DNA of 64,000 nucleotides from NCBI GenBank assembly GCA_012295275.1, contig CM022677.1, positions 22,878,001-22,942,000 of the forward strand, written 5' to 3'. The notes beneath the pieces were generated by a model. It was given only the letters and a program-made list of their open reading frames with translations. It made no database searches and was not told the DNA's origin. This document shows, piece by piece, positions 27,163-42,159 of this stretch (positions are counted from its first letter, which is position 1; every line of letters begins with the position of its first letter). This DNA is from Chrysomallon squamiferum (taxonomy: Eukaryota; Animalia; Mollusca). Both the position numbers and the translations under genes were made by a program.

Positions 27163-27939
27163 AACACACAGAGAGATAATTTGTGATCATAATAGCAAAA
27201 GATATTAGTATATTGTACAGTTTCTATGCACAAAACACTACTAATTGAAGATTCCTTTTTGAAGTTTGTGTACATATTCCGTAGATGTCTCATGTAAATA
27301 ATATGACTAATACTATGACATCCAAAACTATTTACATCTGTATCTATAGATAATATACCTGGTTGACATTAATTGCTTCATCAACTCAGTATAAGCCTAT
27401 GAATGTACAAGGTCTGTCAATTCTGTGTTTGTATAGCATGTGTCTGTGAGTCTATTTTAAACATTTCTAGTTGGTTTTGTTCTTACAAACAAGACTGGAT
27501 AATTAAAAAAGAAGGATGCAAGCAAGGAAGAAGTGCTTTATTTTTTGTGATTAAAAATTGTTCTGTTTCCCTTTGTTTTAAAAAATGTACTAATTGTCAG
27601 TTTTAATTTATTTATTTACATTTTGTTTTGTGTTGTTGTACTTCCTTCTTTGTTTTATCTTCCTCTTATTATTGAGTTTGTTAATTGTGACTAATCCAGT
27701 TTACTTCAAAATTGCTAAAATGGCATCATGTTTTGCCAATTTAATTTTCTATTACTTTTATGTTTCATTTTTATTATTATTATTTGTTTTAATCTTTATT
27801 ATTATTCATTTTCTTTTACAATTCTAGGGAGACAGCATCACTGGCTACCATATCACTGAGAGCACTGCACCCACCACCACAACCTCCACCAACAACCTAA
27901 GTGACAAAACTAGCTCTCATTGTAGCCAAACATTCTAGA

Positions 27940-28223
27940 TTCCTCCAGTGACGAGAAAAAATCCAGGACAGCAAATTTTGCTGAAAGATGCTTATGGATA
28001 TATCAATGGTTTACATTCAGCATGGACAGGAACAAGAAGGAAAGAGCAGAGCACCATTGAAGTCTGCTTTTTTGTGAAAACAAGCTGGTGCTGGTAAAAA
28101 CACTTCAGCTGCTGCACTGCCAAACAAAACCACTTGGCAGATGACTGTGATGGCAAAAACAACAGCCAGAAAGTTGAGCAGCAGGTGATGTCTGTGTGGC
28201 ATGGTATGTTTTATTAGTTTATA

Positions 28224-28319
<96 letters not shown>

Positions 28320-29100
28320 AAAAATATGCAAAACATGCATTTATCAGACAAATGTAGACTGATTAAAAAAATATAAAGTATTGTGTTCATGTTGAAATTA
28401 CTAAAAACTTTGTTTACCACTGATGTGAAATGTTTTTATGTAGGTCATTGCTGTATTGTTCAGCTGCTGACTAGAAAGGGAATTTATGTTATGGAGAAGG
28501 ATGAATCAGCTGTACAGAAACTGCAGACTGCACAATTCCAAGTTGTGAGTTTTTTTTATCTTATTTTTATTTCTTAGTAAAATACATTTTATAGTAACAT
28601 CTCTTTACTGGATTATAAAATAGCAGAATAATAATCACTTATTTACTATTTTGTTAATTATTTAAATTATAACCATTATCATCATTATCATTATAATGAT
28701 TATACAAAGTATATCAAAAATATCCCACACCCCTTTTTGTCTGAATAATCCAGTAACTGATAACAGCAAAATTTTAATAATAACAGAAACATTAGTTATT
28801 TATTTATAACACTTTATTATTTTTATTTTTCAGAATGCTCATACAGTTCTAATTAAATGCTGATATTTGCTAGTGAAGTTGTTTCAGTAGAAGATTCTGT
28901 CCAGCACTGAGGATAAAGTTTGTACTGCTGCCACTGGAAAACAGAAACAGCTGAACAAGTAAATTATTATTCTAAACCTAATGAAGTTTAATTTAATTTT
29001 ATGTAGGAAGCTGCATTTTGTAAATAATGTATCAGTAAGTACACATGCACATACATTAGTATCTTGTATAACACACTATATTTTATACCATCTACATTTC

Positions 29101-29173
<73 letters not shown>

Positions 29174-31815
29174 ACTTCCATTCATACAGACCTGATTTTT
29201 TTTTTTTAAATTTCTATATTTTATAACAAGAAGAAGAAGCGTCATATTTTATGAGTATTTTAAAAAGTTTAAATACATGAAAAGCTAATTCTGTGAGCTC
29301 ACCAAGGAGAGAAATGTCATCAATGAATATGGCAGAACAGGAGCATCTATAGAGGTTGTTGTTATAGTAGTAGTATTAGTCATTGCCATTGTTGTAGTAA
29401 TGTAGTTGTTACAGCATTAATAATAATACTACTTGTTGTAGTAATATTGTAAAATTGATCTTGGTGATGTTTTAGCGGGTGATGTCTCAGGTTTAGTAAT
29501 GTATCTTGTGAGACTGATGGTGATTAAAAAAACCTGGTTGTAGTCAAATTACTGGTTGCAGTGGTGGTAGTAGCAGTACCAGTTCTAATAGTTGTATTTA
29601 GAGAAATGATAAATGTAACAAGAAGAGTAGGTTAACAGCAGTGATAATAGTAGTAATAGTAGTCATAGTTGTTGTTGTTGTAATAATTATAATAATATTA
29701 GTAAATAGAAATACAGGCATAGGAGTAATACTGAAAAGAGTAAAAAAATCACTTTTATTATTAATGGATAGTAATTTTAGTAAAAGCAGTATTATTTCAA
29801 TAAAAGTAACCCCAGTTGAATAAGGAATAATAGTAAATATTAGTTACAGTAATGATGATAATAAAAGTAGCATGTTGTGTTGCAGTAAATGTAATAGTAG
29901 CAGTATTTTATTTATTTTATTTTTATTTTTTCTAATTTAAATTTAATTATTTAGTTAACCCACTAGGCAGTGTGACTCTGACTCAGAGTTGTTCAAAGTT
30001 CTGCTGATGAAAAGCTCAATTTTGGTGAACTGGACATTGAAGCCGACCATGTCAGACTACAACAATTCTTAAGTTGGAGAGTTTTACACCAGTCACCAAT
30101 CTCAACAGTCAAATATCAGGAGAAAAAAAATTGAAAAACTGAACATGCTAAAACCAGGCAAAGAAAAACATTAAAGTGAAACATTTGTCAGATGATTGTG
30201 ATTGCTGTTTGTGACAGTGGCAAAGACAAAAAAGCCTGGAAGATGAGCAGCAGGTGACTTAGTTTACTTCCATTAGCATTGTTTTATTTCTTTTTAGTTT
30301 TCTGTGAAATCAGTTCATAAATTCTTCTTTTAATCTTGTAGAAGGTGTTTCTTTTTATGTGATTCACATTCATCTTTATTTTAAACATATTTGTCATCAC
30401 TTAAAATAGTTATTTTAAATTTTTATTTTTTTAAATTTACTTTATTTTATATATTTTTTTTTTTAAAATACTGGCATTTAAAACTTCTCTGCATGTTTAT
30501 CATAACATTTAAATTAATAGCATCCATCAGATATAGATCTGACTTTCATTTTATTGAAGAATCTAACTAGCAGAAGTAATTAATTTAGATTTGGGATTAA
30601 ATGCCTTTCTTTAGTTTTTATTTATGAATTTGTTTTTGTTTATGAGAAATAATGCCTGCCAAAACAGTCTGCTAGATCATTGTAGAAGTTCAAGATGAAA
30701 GAGGAAATAAAAGAGAGAAATGTACTCAGTGAATACAGATAAAACAAACTGTAAGCTGGAAACCATTTTGAGTTTGTTAATTGTGGCTAATCTAGCTTTA
30801 ATTCCAAAATTGCTAAAATGTCATCTTGTTTTGCAAACATAATTGTTCAAGCTGAAAATAAATCTGTTTTGCAGGTGATTTTGAGAAAAAGAAACTGAAG
30901 ATGACAAATTCATCTGATACTGATACTAGCCAGTCAGAGGAATTCAATAAAACAGAGAACAGTTCTGAAGTAAGTGATATGTTTTATAATAATAAATAAT
31001 AGTATTGTGTTTAAGTACACATGTACATTACATATGAATGCAGGGCTTGTAATGGCCAATGGCCAAATGATACCAAAGTTCTGTTTGGGTGACTGGAATG
31101 TTAAAATATCATTTGGGTGACCTTTTTTTTTTCTATAAGTTATAAAACAAGAGCTACTATATAAATTTGTTGGCAATATTTATTTCAAAGAGTGTTAGTT
31201 AAAATGGTAGAATTCTGTTTATTTTGTTCTCTGTAATGCACACCTACAAAAAATTATATTTTTAATCAAGGTTTTAATTCATTAATTGTAAGGTTTGTTG
31301 CAGGCAAAGCATTTACCTTTTTAAAAGTTATTTTTGCTTCTTCTGAATGTTACCATCATATCCAGATAAATAAAGTCAGTATTAAAAATTGTTAAAGTAT
31401 AATTCATTGATAATTTTTAATACTTTTCCATGACTGAAATATTTCTTCCCAAAAATTTTATTGTGCAAATTAATCATATAGTCCTAGCCTGGATTAGGTA
31501 AAAAATAGTCAATGAAATAATGTTAAGATTTAGATAATAATTTATTATTATTGCATCTACAGGAAAGACATGATTCTGGAATCATCTTCAGTTATAAAAA
31601 TATGGAGAAGAATATAAAGGTTACTTCAAACAGTTGAGATATCTACTGATATAGACCAACATGGATTTTTCTTTCCAAAGCAGTTTCCAGACAGAGAAGT
31701 TGTTGATAATATATGTCAGTGTTGATTGATTGTTCTCCAAACCTTAAAATGGATAAAATGGAACAAAAAACTTCCACTGTAATACCACAAGTGATTTAAA
31801 GGAATGGCATTTACT
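27940..31815 (+). mobile_element. Highly decayed Mutator-like (MULE) transposase remnant split by intron-like spacers
   Basis: Best block is 31600-31810: IWRRI*RLLQT...HGFFFP...LLIIYVSVD*LFS...TTSDLKEWH. It matches the order and spacing of MULE C-terminal motifs (VWRKVQELGLQT / PFLP / Y...W / RTNNDVEGWH). Weaker matches: FLYWCH-like GQQILLKDAYGY (about 27966-28001) and LNFGELDIEADHV..FL (about 30016-30070). No TIRs seen. Confidence 0.5.
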
Positions 31816-34305
31816 TAGTGTTTGATGGATGGATTATACAGACAGCTAAACAGACAGGCAGGTCAGTAGGTTCATATCTAGCTATAGAATGATAGATAGA
31901 TAGAAAGATAGGTAGAAAGATAGATAGAAAGATAGGTGTAAGCATGTATGATGGTAAAGTGGATGATGGTTGATTTGAGGATATGATCATGTATATGTAC
32001 ATAAACACACACACACACAGACAGAGAGATATAGAGGATAGGAACCATGTTTGGACTGAGTTACTGATGAACTGATAGATTATAGATAGATATCCAGAGG
32101 TAATACAGATAGATTATAGAGATAGATATATAGAAAGATACAGTTGTTTGAAGTAGAGTGTAGTTAGATATACAGATCGTTAGTGAAAAATAGACATATA
32201 AGCTAGAGAGATAAACTGATAGGAAGGTAGATATGTAGGTATGTCACTAGTTCAGTAGATTGATTTGTAGACAGACTGATGGATATATAGACACATGTAT
32301 ATAGAATGTGTGTGTGTGTATGCATGTCTACACACACATATACAAACACTGATACATGTATAGGAATTTGTGTGTTTAGGAAGTGATGGGTATGTAAGTC
32401 TATATTAAAGGATGAGTAATTTGATGTGTAAAACATGATGGATATATGGCAAAATGTAAAATGGGCACAAGAAAGGTAGCTGGAAAGAGCATAGATGCAA
32501 GGAGGCCCCACTGTAAGAAAGACTGATTCTTTTGTTTGTGTGTTAGAGAGTGTTGCTTTTGTATATGGGATAAATAGAAAAATGAATAAATATATTGATA
32601 AATAGATAGATAGACAGATTGATATATAGATAGATAGGTAGGTAGATAGATGGATAGAGAAACACAAATATGAATAGAGATACAAAGACAGATAGAGAGA
32701 GGTGGATAGGGAAGTGTGGAGGTCTTGATGTGTATGTATGTTTGCTAGATAGGATCGCTGTAGGGCAGTGTTAAAATATGAGCACAATTATGTGTTTGTG
32801 TGTCAGAGACAATGGGTATATAAATGCATGTGAAAGATAATGTGTTTTTTGTGGGTTTTTGAGAGAGTCAGTGAATCAGTTTGGGTTTATGTATGTACAT
32901 GTGCGTTAAAGAGGATATCTAGAGATAGATGGATATTTACAAACTACATAAATATATACATATATAGGTCCATAATAATGAGTATATGTGTATGAATATA
33001 TTATGTATTTATGTTAGAGGATTGGTATATAAATAAATGAGAGTATGTTTATATTTGAGTATGTATATTAAAAAGAAAGGCTAGATATAGACAGATAGAT
33101 CTATTGAGAGAGAGACTGATATGTAGGTGTGATTATATATGCCTGTGTGTTATAGAGAGAGAACAGGTTTTACCTCTGTATGAAACTGAGAAGTATGCCA
33201 GGTGTGTAGAATTTTTCAGATTGATTGATGAGAGATAAATATGTGAGATAGATATGTGATATAGGTGCATATATATATATATATATATCTATTAAACAGA
33301 GAAAGGATGGTCAATAAATAAGTGTGAACAAGATTGTGTTTATGCTGTTTATTTATTTTAGATAGATTAGATTTAGATTTGGGGTGGATTTACTTAGAGA
33401 CAGGCATGTGCACTGGTGTAAGAATATATATATATTTATCAGTCTGTATATCAACTGAAACAGCTAGTGACCTACTTACATAACTACCTATCTTATCTAT
33501 TTTTCTTGTATATATTTGACTCTACAAACCATATTGCAGTGAACATCTATCAATCATCTATCTATCTCCTTGCTTACCTGTCTAATTAACCTTCCTTCAG
33601 ATCTCCCTCATTTTCTATTTATCAGTATATATTTCTGTATATCTACCCATAATTTTTTTTCTTTCTTTTTTTTAATGTTCATTTTACATTATAAGATTTC
33701 AGTTTATTGTGAATGAAACTGGATTTTTGAAGAAAAATTGCAGATTGTTCAGGGTTAATTTTCACATTCATTATACATTTTAATACATATTTCAATTAAC
33801 ATCGCCGTTGTTGCTTTCTTAGTGTGCACATCCTATATACAAATATATTACTCTTATTAGAATTAATGTCTTTATTATTTTGAGCATTTTAGTAACAATT
33901 ATTCTTTCTTTCTGATATTCAAATATTATTATTATTAATGTTGGTGACATGGCTGTCGTTCATGTGTTGTTCTTAACATCTTGGCTTACTTCTCTTTATT
34001 AATGTGATCGTTTTAATAACTATCATTCTTACTTTCTTAATGTCCACATTAACATATATTATTACTATTTCTATTAATGTCATTGTCATTGCTGTTGTAT
34101 CTGCCATTTTTCTTAAGATCTTGTTTCACTTTTCATTATTCTTTTTCGCTTGTTATTACTATTATTCTTGCATTCTTAGTGTGCACATGCTATTTCAAAA
34201 TATGTTGTTCTATTTCTGTTAACATTCCCATCACTGCCATCGCATCTGTGTTCTCCTTGATGTTATTTGTGTACTTTTACTTATTCTCTTTCTATTAATT
34301 ATTAG

Positions 34306-34641
34306 ACTCACTTTCAGTGTGCACATCCTGTCTCAAGTTACTGGTGTAGTTCTACTTATTGTGTTGTGTTTTATATTATTAGTTAGTCTCACTTTCAGTG
34401 TGCACATCCTGTCTCAAGTTAATGTTTAGTTCTACTTATTGTGTTGTGTTTTATATTATTAGTTAGTCTCACTTTCAGTGTACACATCCTGTCTCAAGTT
34501 ACTGGTGTAGTTCTACTTATTGTGTTGTGCTTTCTATTATTAGTTAGTCTCACTTTCAGTGTACACATCCTGTCTCAAGTTAATGGTGTAGTTCTACTTA
34601 TTGTGTTGCACTTTCTATTGTTAGTTAGTCTCACTTTCAGT
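34306..34641. repeat. 81-bp tandem repeat, about 4 copies, within an older degenerate array (about 33800-35780)
   Basis: CTCACTTTCAGTGT(G/A)CACATCCTGTCTCAAGTTA recurs at about 34307, 34388, 34468 and 34549, with a partial copy at 34630. Degenerate GTGCACATC(C/T)T cores flank it. Confidence 0.9.
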
Positions 34642-36038
34642 GATGCATCTTCTGTTGAAATAGATTGTTATTATTAACATTAATGTCGGCAACATTACTG
34701 TTGTTTCTGTGTTGTATTCCTCTTTATTATTTTGCGCTTTTTATTAACTATTATTTTTAACTTCTTAGTACCCAATATTGAAATATATTATATTTATATT
34801 ATTCTATTTCTATTAACATCACTGTCATATCTGCATTCTTCTTCATTTTACTGGTGTGCTTCTCTTTATTCTGCTGTGCTTTTTATTAATAGTTATTCTC
34901 ACTTTCTGTGTGTACATCCTGTATTAAGATAGATTGTTCTTACTGTATTAACGTTGCTGTGGTATCTGCATTCTTCTTGATCGTATTGGTGTATTCTCTT
35001 GCACTTTCTATTAATAGTTAGTCTCGCTTTCTGTGAGGAATATATTACTATTAATGTTGCTGATGTTGCCATCATACCTGCATTGTTCTTAACATTTTTG
35101 TGTCCTTCTCATTTTTATTTTTATTACTTGTGACAGGGCTAATCCTGTCTCACAATATAGTATTATTCTTTATATCAGTGACGTAACAGCATTGTTTATA
35201 CTGTTATTGATGCACTTCTCATCAGTTTTCATCCTGTCTCAAAATATATTATTAGTATTTCGATTAATGCCGCCATCATTTCAGCATTCTGCTTGATGTT
35301 ACAGTGTACTTCTATTTGTTCTGTTGTGTTTTCTGTTAATTGTGCACATCTTGTATTAAAATATGTTATTATTATTTCAATTAGAGTCACTTTCTTTGCT
35401 GTCATAATGACATTGTTTCTAATGTTATTCATGTACTTCTCAGTATTCTTTAGTGGTTCCTATTAACTATTATTATTCTTTTCTTAGAGTATGTTTCCTA
35501 TATTAAAGTATATTATGACATGTATTAATGTTATTCGTGTACTTCTTCTTATTCTTTAGTGGTTCCTATTAACTATTATTCTTATTTTCTTAGAGTGTGT
35601 TTCCTATATTAAAGTATATTATTGATATTTCTATTAAGGCAGCCATTGTTTCCATAGTACCAGCAATGTGTATTAATGCTGTTTCTAATGTTATTCATGT
35701 ACTTCTCATTATTCTCTATCTCTTTTTATTAACTACTATTGTTACTTTGTTAGTCTGCATATTCTATTTCAAAGTATATTAACTGTGCCGTCATAAAAAA
35801 AATTGTAATTTTAAAAGACTGAATGTGTTTTTTTTTACAATTAGTATAATGTAGAAGGTTGGTGGATGTGAAAATTCCTGAAAGCATTCCTTACAGACTG
35901 AGTCTTTGATTCTTTTCACAATGAGACATGCAGTTTATTATTACCATCATTTTAATTTCACATTTTACTGTCAGGATTTGATTTATGATAGTCATATATA
36001 TTTGTTATTATTATTATTGTTGTTGTTGTTACTGTTAC

Positions 36039-36097
<59 letters not shown>

Positions 36098-36113
36098 TAA
36101 ATCTTTCTTTCAG

Positions 36114-36202
36114 GATTGATTTATGGTGTTCTGGAGATCAGTGATCAGAAAGTGCAGGAGGCCCTATTGAGGTTAACATGTAATGCCAATTTATTCAACA
36201 AG
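36114..36202 (+). mobile_element. Exon-like block resembling Ty3/gypsy Gag
   Basis: TTTCTTTCAG|...|GTAATA. The open frame LIYGVLEISDQKVQEALLRLTCNANLFNK resembles the Gag motif RD.lv.Gi.D..vqe.LL....L.L.K. Confidence 0.35.
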
Positions 36203-39200
36203 GTAATATATGAAGTTATATTGGTTTAATTATCAAAATAAAATAAAAATAAAATAAATAATTTCTTTATAAATAATTGTTTAAAACTGAAATTATAATA
36301 GTAATTATTATAATTATTTTGATCTCCGGCTTTTTATGTTATTAAACAATGTTATATGATTAATGATTCTGTATTTTATAATATCAGTGTCCATACATTG
36401 TACCTGACATTATATCAAGAAAAAACATTTAGCTAAATTATTTGTTATTTAGAAATCTGGAAATGTAAACATATCTCAATGTTTCTGTATATTTTGATGA
36501 TAAAAAAAAGAAAAAGATAAAAATGATTTTATTAATAATTTAGAAATACTGATCTCTGTACAGTTTGTCAGCTTGTCATCACATGATTTTACATCAAGAA
36601 CAAAACAACTGTCATATTTACTATTGCACAATTCTCAATATCCACTCACATTTCAACATTTTACATTGGTAAACAAATATAGCTATATACTAATGTTTTT
36701 ATTTATTTTTAAATAATATTTACTATTTTAGAGTTCTTGGTGTGCAAACATATACTTCAACATAATACTGGTGTAAAAGATTTCACATTGGTGTTGTTGT
36801 TGTTGTGTGATGCTGGTGCCGATGTCAACTCTCCTCTCTTTGTCAGCAAATACTACTGAGTAATTATAACAATTTTACCATTTGAATTAGTTTGAACATT
36901 TACATAAAGACTATTTTATTACCAGTATCAGTAGTTTTCTTAAACCAGTGTCACTAAAATATTCTTAACAGAAGTTTATCAGTATATTGTTCTGTATGAT
37001 TTATTAAGAACAAAGTAGATTTGATTCTGTGACTATCCTCACTTCATACACTGACTTACACATTGACTAGTGAGAAGTGTTTGATAATCATACAGAAAAC
37101 ACAGCAGTCAGTTTAATTCATAGTTTACAGTTTTTTTCTCTCACTTTATTCCAGTGATTTACCACTGTGAAATAAAATACTTGATAACCAATTTGACTAG
37201 AAACAAAATGAAATAAAATAAAATAAAATAACATAAAATAAGGAAAGAAAATAATTAGGAAAACCAGCTAAAAAATAAAAATAAAAATATAATTATTTAA
37301 TAACTGATCATACATAACCCTAATTTTCATTTAGAATTTAAAAATTTATAAAACCGTATTTTGTTTACGCATAAAGTTATATTGTAATTTCTGAGCTAAA
37401 ATTAAAATTAAGAAAAAAAATGATTAAGTGAAATAAAAAGTTAAATCTGGTATACGTCAAAACATACTTGTCAGACATATGCTATTTGTGTATCACAGAT
37501 ACATATCAACTGTTTAATTGAATAGGTTGGGGAATCCTGTTAAAGTATAGATTTACTTACAATACACGTATATCATGTAAGAATAACCATTGTAAGAATA
37601 TAAAATAAAAAATGTTTCCACCACTCTTTTTATTAGTTACTTTTACCAGATCTTTTAAATACGTTTTTTTCATTCTTCCAAAAACAAATTCTGTTATTTT
37701 GATAAGGTGTTAATGGAGTTCAGTGTGGAATAGGAAACAGTGTAATCCTGTGGGATCATTTTGGATTCTTGTTTATTAAAACTAGTTGTAATTAGAACAG
37801 TTAATAGTTATCATTTTAAATACTAATAAATTAAAATTTTAATAAACTCAGATATTTTTATGTTGTATTTACAGATGACTGACTTCCACTGCAGTCCATG
37901 TTGTCCACGAAGTTGATCATGTCAACAGAATTCTCACATTGTCTCCATGTTGTCTGGGCAGAATGGTCTCTACACACCAAAGATTTGAAATTCCTATTTT
38001 TTTTATTGGTTTCAAAGATATAATTAAACTAATAGAGCATTAAAAAAATCAAATAAAAGTAAAACAGAAAAGTTAATATTAAACAAAAATCTTATATACA
38101 ACATCCTATGTTTTGTGAAATTAAAAAAAATCAAATAAAAAAGATAGAAGGAAAGTGAACTCTTTATTATTAAAAACTAAGAAGAAAAAGTATGGATAAA
38201 TAAACTAATTTGCTTTTTTAACCATTCAACCTATTATTTTGTTTATTTATGTGAACAATTTTGTTAATTACAATGTTTGACAAGTTTACCACAAAACTGA
38301 AAAACATGCAGCCTGGCGTTTTTGTTGATTATTATTTATATTTAATATTTTAGGTAACTTTTAAATAATAATTGGCTCTCATTTCCAGTGATAAATGTTA
38401 TATTTTTTTTTTAGTAAATTATTTTTATTTATTAGAGTTATCACTGATACATTTTGTTTATTATTTGTACAGGATAAACAAGCCCTTGCTGACCAGAACA
38501 AGTTCTATCAGGCCAAGGATGACCACTTGACCAGGCTTGCAGTACAATTCAGTGAAGAACAATCACTTCTCCAGTTTGTGGTGTTAAAAGCAATTTGTAC
38601 AAACTGAGACACTCAGATGAGTTCAAGTGTTTGAAATCAGATTCTCAGTATAATGGACAGGTAATTTAGTTTACAACTAGATTTTATGAACTGTAAAATA
38701 TAAATCATTTAATGTCATATGAGAATATTTTTAATATTATTATCATTATATATAATTTTGTTTTTTTTAAATAATGATTCTATAGATGCAAAGAAAAAGA
38801 CAAACCATGACATTGATATACCAATTGGAATAAAAGGATTCTACTTTAGAAAAATCTATCTTTAAGAAGTAGCAGATAAAGATTATTGATCTTACTTGTT
38901 ATCAATCAATTTTTATAAAAGATACTAAGTTACTTACTTTATTAAAAGAAAAATGGATGTTTCTCTTAAAAAAGAATATATATATTTATATGTTTTTAAC
39001 TTACTCAAGGTTCTGAGTTGATTTATTCAGACTAATATTAAACACATTTCCCCAGACAGTCAAAATTAGAGGTGTAACAAGAAATGTTTAAATAAATGAA
39101 ATTGAACTTTATTTCATTTCAGTTAAATTAACTGTACTTGTTATTGGTTGAATATATTACTTCAGATTCAAATGAAAAAATATAAAATTGTAGCAGTTGT

Positions 39201-42159
39201 TGTTAAAAAAATGTTTGAATGTAATATTTTACTTTTCAGACACCACAGAAAGCTATTTACAAGAACTGATGTCCACTGAATCTAAATGATTTGTCAAGTT
39301 TGCGCCAACTCTGAACTAAGTAAACAGAAGATAAAACATCTCCACATTAAATATAAAGAACTGAATAACGAGAAAACTGAGAGTTTAGAAAGTTCCACAC
39401 CAAAATAACATTTTAAAAACATTACTTGTGTGAATCGTGGACTATTCTTATTCATGAATATTCATGATTTTAGATTCAGTCACAGTGTTGTTGATGAAAG
39501 ATATAATCAGATGTAGACAGTATACAGAATGTTTGTACCAGACACAGCACCAAGTACAGTCAAGTCTGTGAAAAAAAGAAATTATTTTATAAAAATGATT
39601 TAATGTTAGAAATCCTTGATTACTGCTTTAAAAAAAATACACACTTCATATTAAGAAATGTTTGGTTCAAGGGAGATAATTGAATTTTTATAATTATTAT
39701 AATTTTTTATATTTTTTTAGTTTTTGAAAAAAATAATGTACTTAATCATGTAACCAAAGCATAAAATAACAGAATATCAAGAGTTCTGGTAAAGATTTAC
39801 CTATAAACGTTTGTAAAATCATAAAATGGAATCAGTTGTGTAAACCTGTATATGCCTATATATTTGTTTGGAATATTAAAATCAGAAATTAAAAATGTTC
39901 TTAATTACTAATTTCAAGTTATTTATTAAGGCTTATAGTTTTTGTAAACAAATGTTTTGTTTTTCATTTTATGTTGTATACTTTATCATAAACTTTTATT
40001 GATAAATCAGAAATCTTGGAATTTTTAGAACCTTTAGAACCTTAAAATATATTTTAAATACTTTTTAATTTGAAACTTAGAAACATTTTATATCATGCTT
40101 TTCTAAATTTATAATTAAGGATTTTTGCAAAAAATTTCTAAAATCATATGATAAATTTTGTTTTCTTGTTGAAATAAGTATTTCAAATTATTTTGTTTTT
40201 TGTTTTTATCACATATGTTTTTAGCAAGATTTATTAAATTATAGGGTGAGGAATATTTATTTATATAGTTTTGGTACAATAACCAAAATTTAGTATTTAC
40301 TAGGCATTATAATATCATTTTATACTAGTTAATAATTTTTATTCATTACTTAAGAGAATATTTATTTAACATTGAAAATCAGTGAGTAACAAATTAAAAA
40401 CAACAAAAAAGAAACAAAACAAGCCCTGTTTGGTACCAGCTAACGTTATTTCCATTATTGTCATAATTAATTTTTAACAACATTATGAATAAATAAATAA
40501 ATAAAAATTAGGTTTGACAATTATACAGATATTTATTAATTCATTAATTCATTCATCCATTCACTCTATCCTCCTTGTTCATTCACTGCTTCATGTAAAA
40601 GATAAAATGTAGAAACAACACAACTGTGAAGAGAAATGTAGAAAACAACAACGTATAGTAATTTCATGTGGCAAATTTAGTATTATATCAGACATTAGTA
40701 TGTTAGTTTGTTGATATTATGTTCCTAACCTGACCATTTTAATCCATAAATTTCAGAAAATGATTATTTTAAGCTCATCATTTCTAGATATATACAAGAA
40801 TTTAAATGAATAAAAATATTTTTAAATTAGCATATTTAAATAGGCATCTTTTAACTGGCATTTTTAATTTAACATTTTCCCATTGGCATATTTATATTAT
40901 AAAGTTTAAATTTTCTTATGAACAATGATGTTCTAGTCAAAAATTAGCATATTTCATTAGCATATTTAAATAACGTTTCATTAACATATTCAAATTTAAA
41001 CTAGCTTTAAAAATGCAGATTAAACCTGAATTGAAAGAAGTATTTTTAAAATCTATGAACAAATGACAAAACGAACTGATATGAATTTTTTAATGTACAT
41101 CATCAAAGCCAACTTTACAGACATTCAGGAAACGAAACCGAGAAACCATATATCCACAATGAAAAACACATGATTAAAAATAAATAATATATTTATTTAA
41201 CAAAATAATTTTTTAATTTTGAATATTTTTATAAATCAGTTTGAGAATTTGACACTAATGTTTTTTGTTATCTAAATATTACCACTATTGCTACCAGTAC
41301 TACTGCAACAACAACACAAACTACTACTACTACTAATGATAATAATAATAACATATTTATTACTAATTAAAGTTGATTCTTTTTTTACTGTGTCAATAAT
41401 TTAATGATTTATGCTTATATCAGTTTCAATGTTAAAATAACAACAATAATAAAATAACAACAAAGAGTAACATCAGTAATGATCACAAAGTTAAACTGTT
41501 CTCTGAACAACTGTTTTGAATTTACTACAAGTTTTAAAATGGTATAAAAATTATCAGTAAAGCTGGAAACACTTTATAAAAACATGACAATGACAGCAAC
41601 TTTGTGTACCTTTTATAGAAGCAGGTCACATTTACTTCTGAACATGGAAAGTTGTCTCATATTACAACAAATATTACAAGTATTATTTAGGATAAGACAT
41701 TGAGATTAAATACTGAGTTATGTTTACAAAAAATAATAATAATGAAAAAATTTAAGCAACATTTCTTTTTCTCAAAAAGAAACAAATTGCATGAATGCTT
41801 TGGTATGAAAATAAATTCTTGAAAGTAACAAATTTATTTTGTGTTTATTATATTCTTGGTTACATAATAAAAATAAATAAATAAATAAGCAAAAGATAAT
41901 ATAAAACAAAATCACAAAAACAAATTCTGTTTAACTGTAGAATATTTTTTCATGTATTTAGATATCTTGAAAGACTACTCAAACAATTGTAATATCTGCC
42001 TCTGACAAACTACTGCAAAAACTGAAAGAAAAACTGAAAGAAAAACTTGGCATTTTCATGTAAAGATAAAAAAATAAGAAAATAAAATATTGTCCACAAG
42101 AGAAAATTAAAATGATAAATTAAATAATTAAAAAAATATATATATTTATAAAACATTTG

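Larger units (their letters stand above)
26430..39600 (+). ncRNA. Putative multi-exon non-coding or pseudogenic transcription unit
   Basis: GC-richer blocks bracketed by polypyrimidine-AG and GT sites: about 26430-26582, 27828-28184/28203, 28444-28544, 28834-28958, 29967-30253, 31563-, 36114-36202, 36732-36859, 37875-, 38473-38660, 39240-. No continuous ORF. A CpG-rich patch at about 26340-26530 precedes a CpG-poor body. Confidence 0.5.

Noticed and set aside
32203-32787. 194-aa minus-strand ORF
   Set aside because: Low-complexity translation of degenerate (GATA)n/(TAGA)n sequence with no domain features.
36732-36859. Firm call of either ankyrin repeat or retroviral protease for LLLLCDAGADVNSPL
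   Set aside because: The motif fits both LLxxGADVN (ankyrin) and DTGADVN (protease) and is too short and degenerate to decide by eye.
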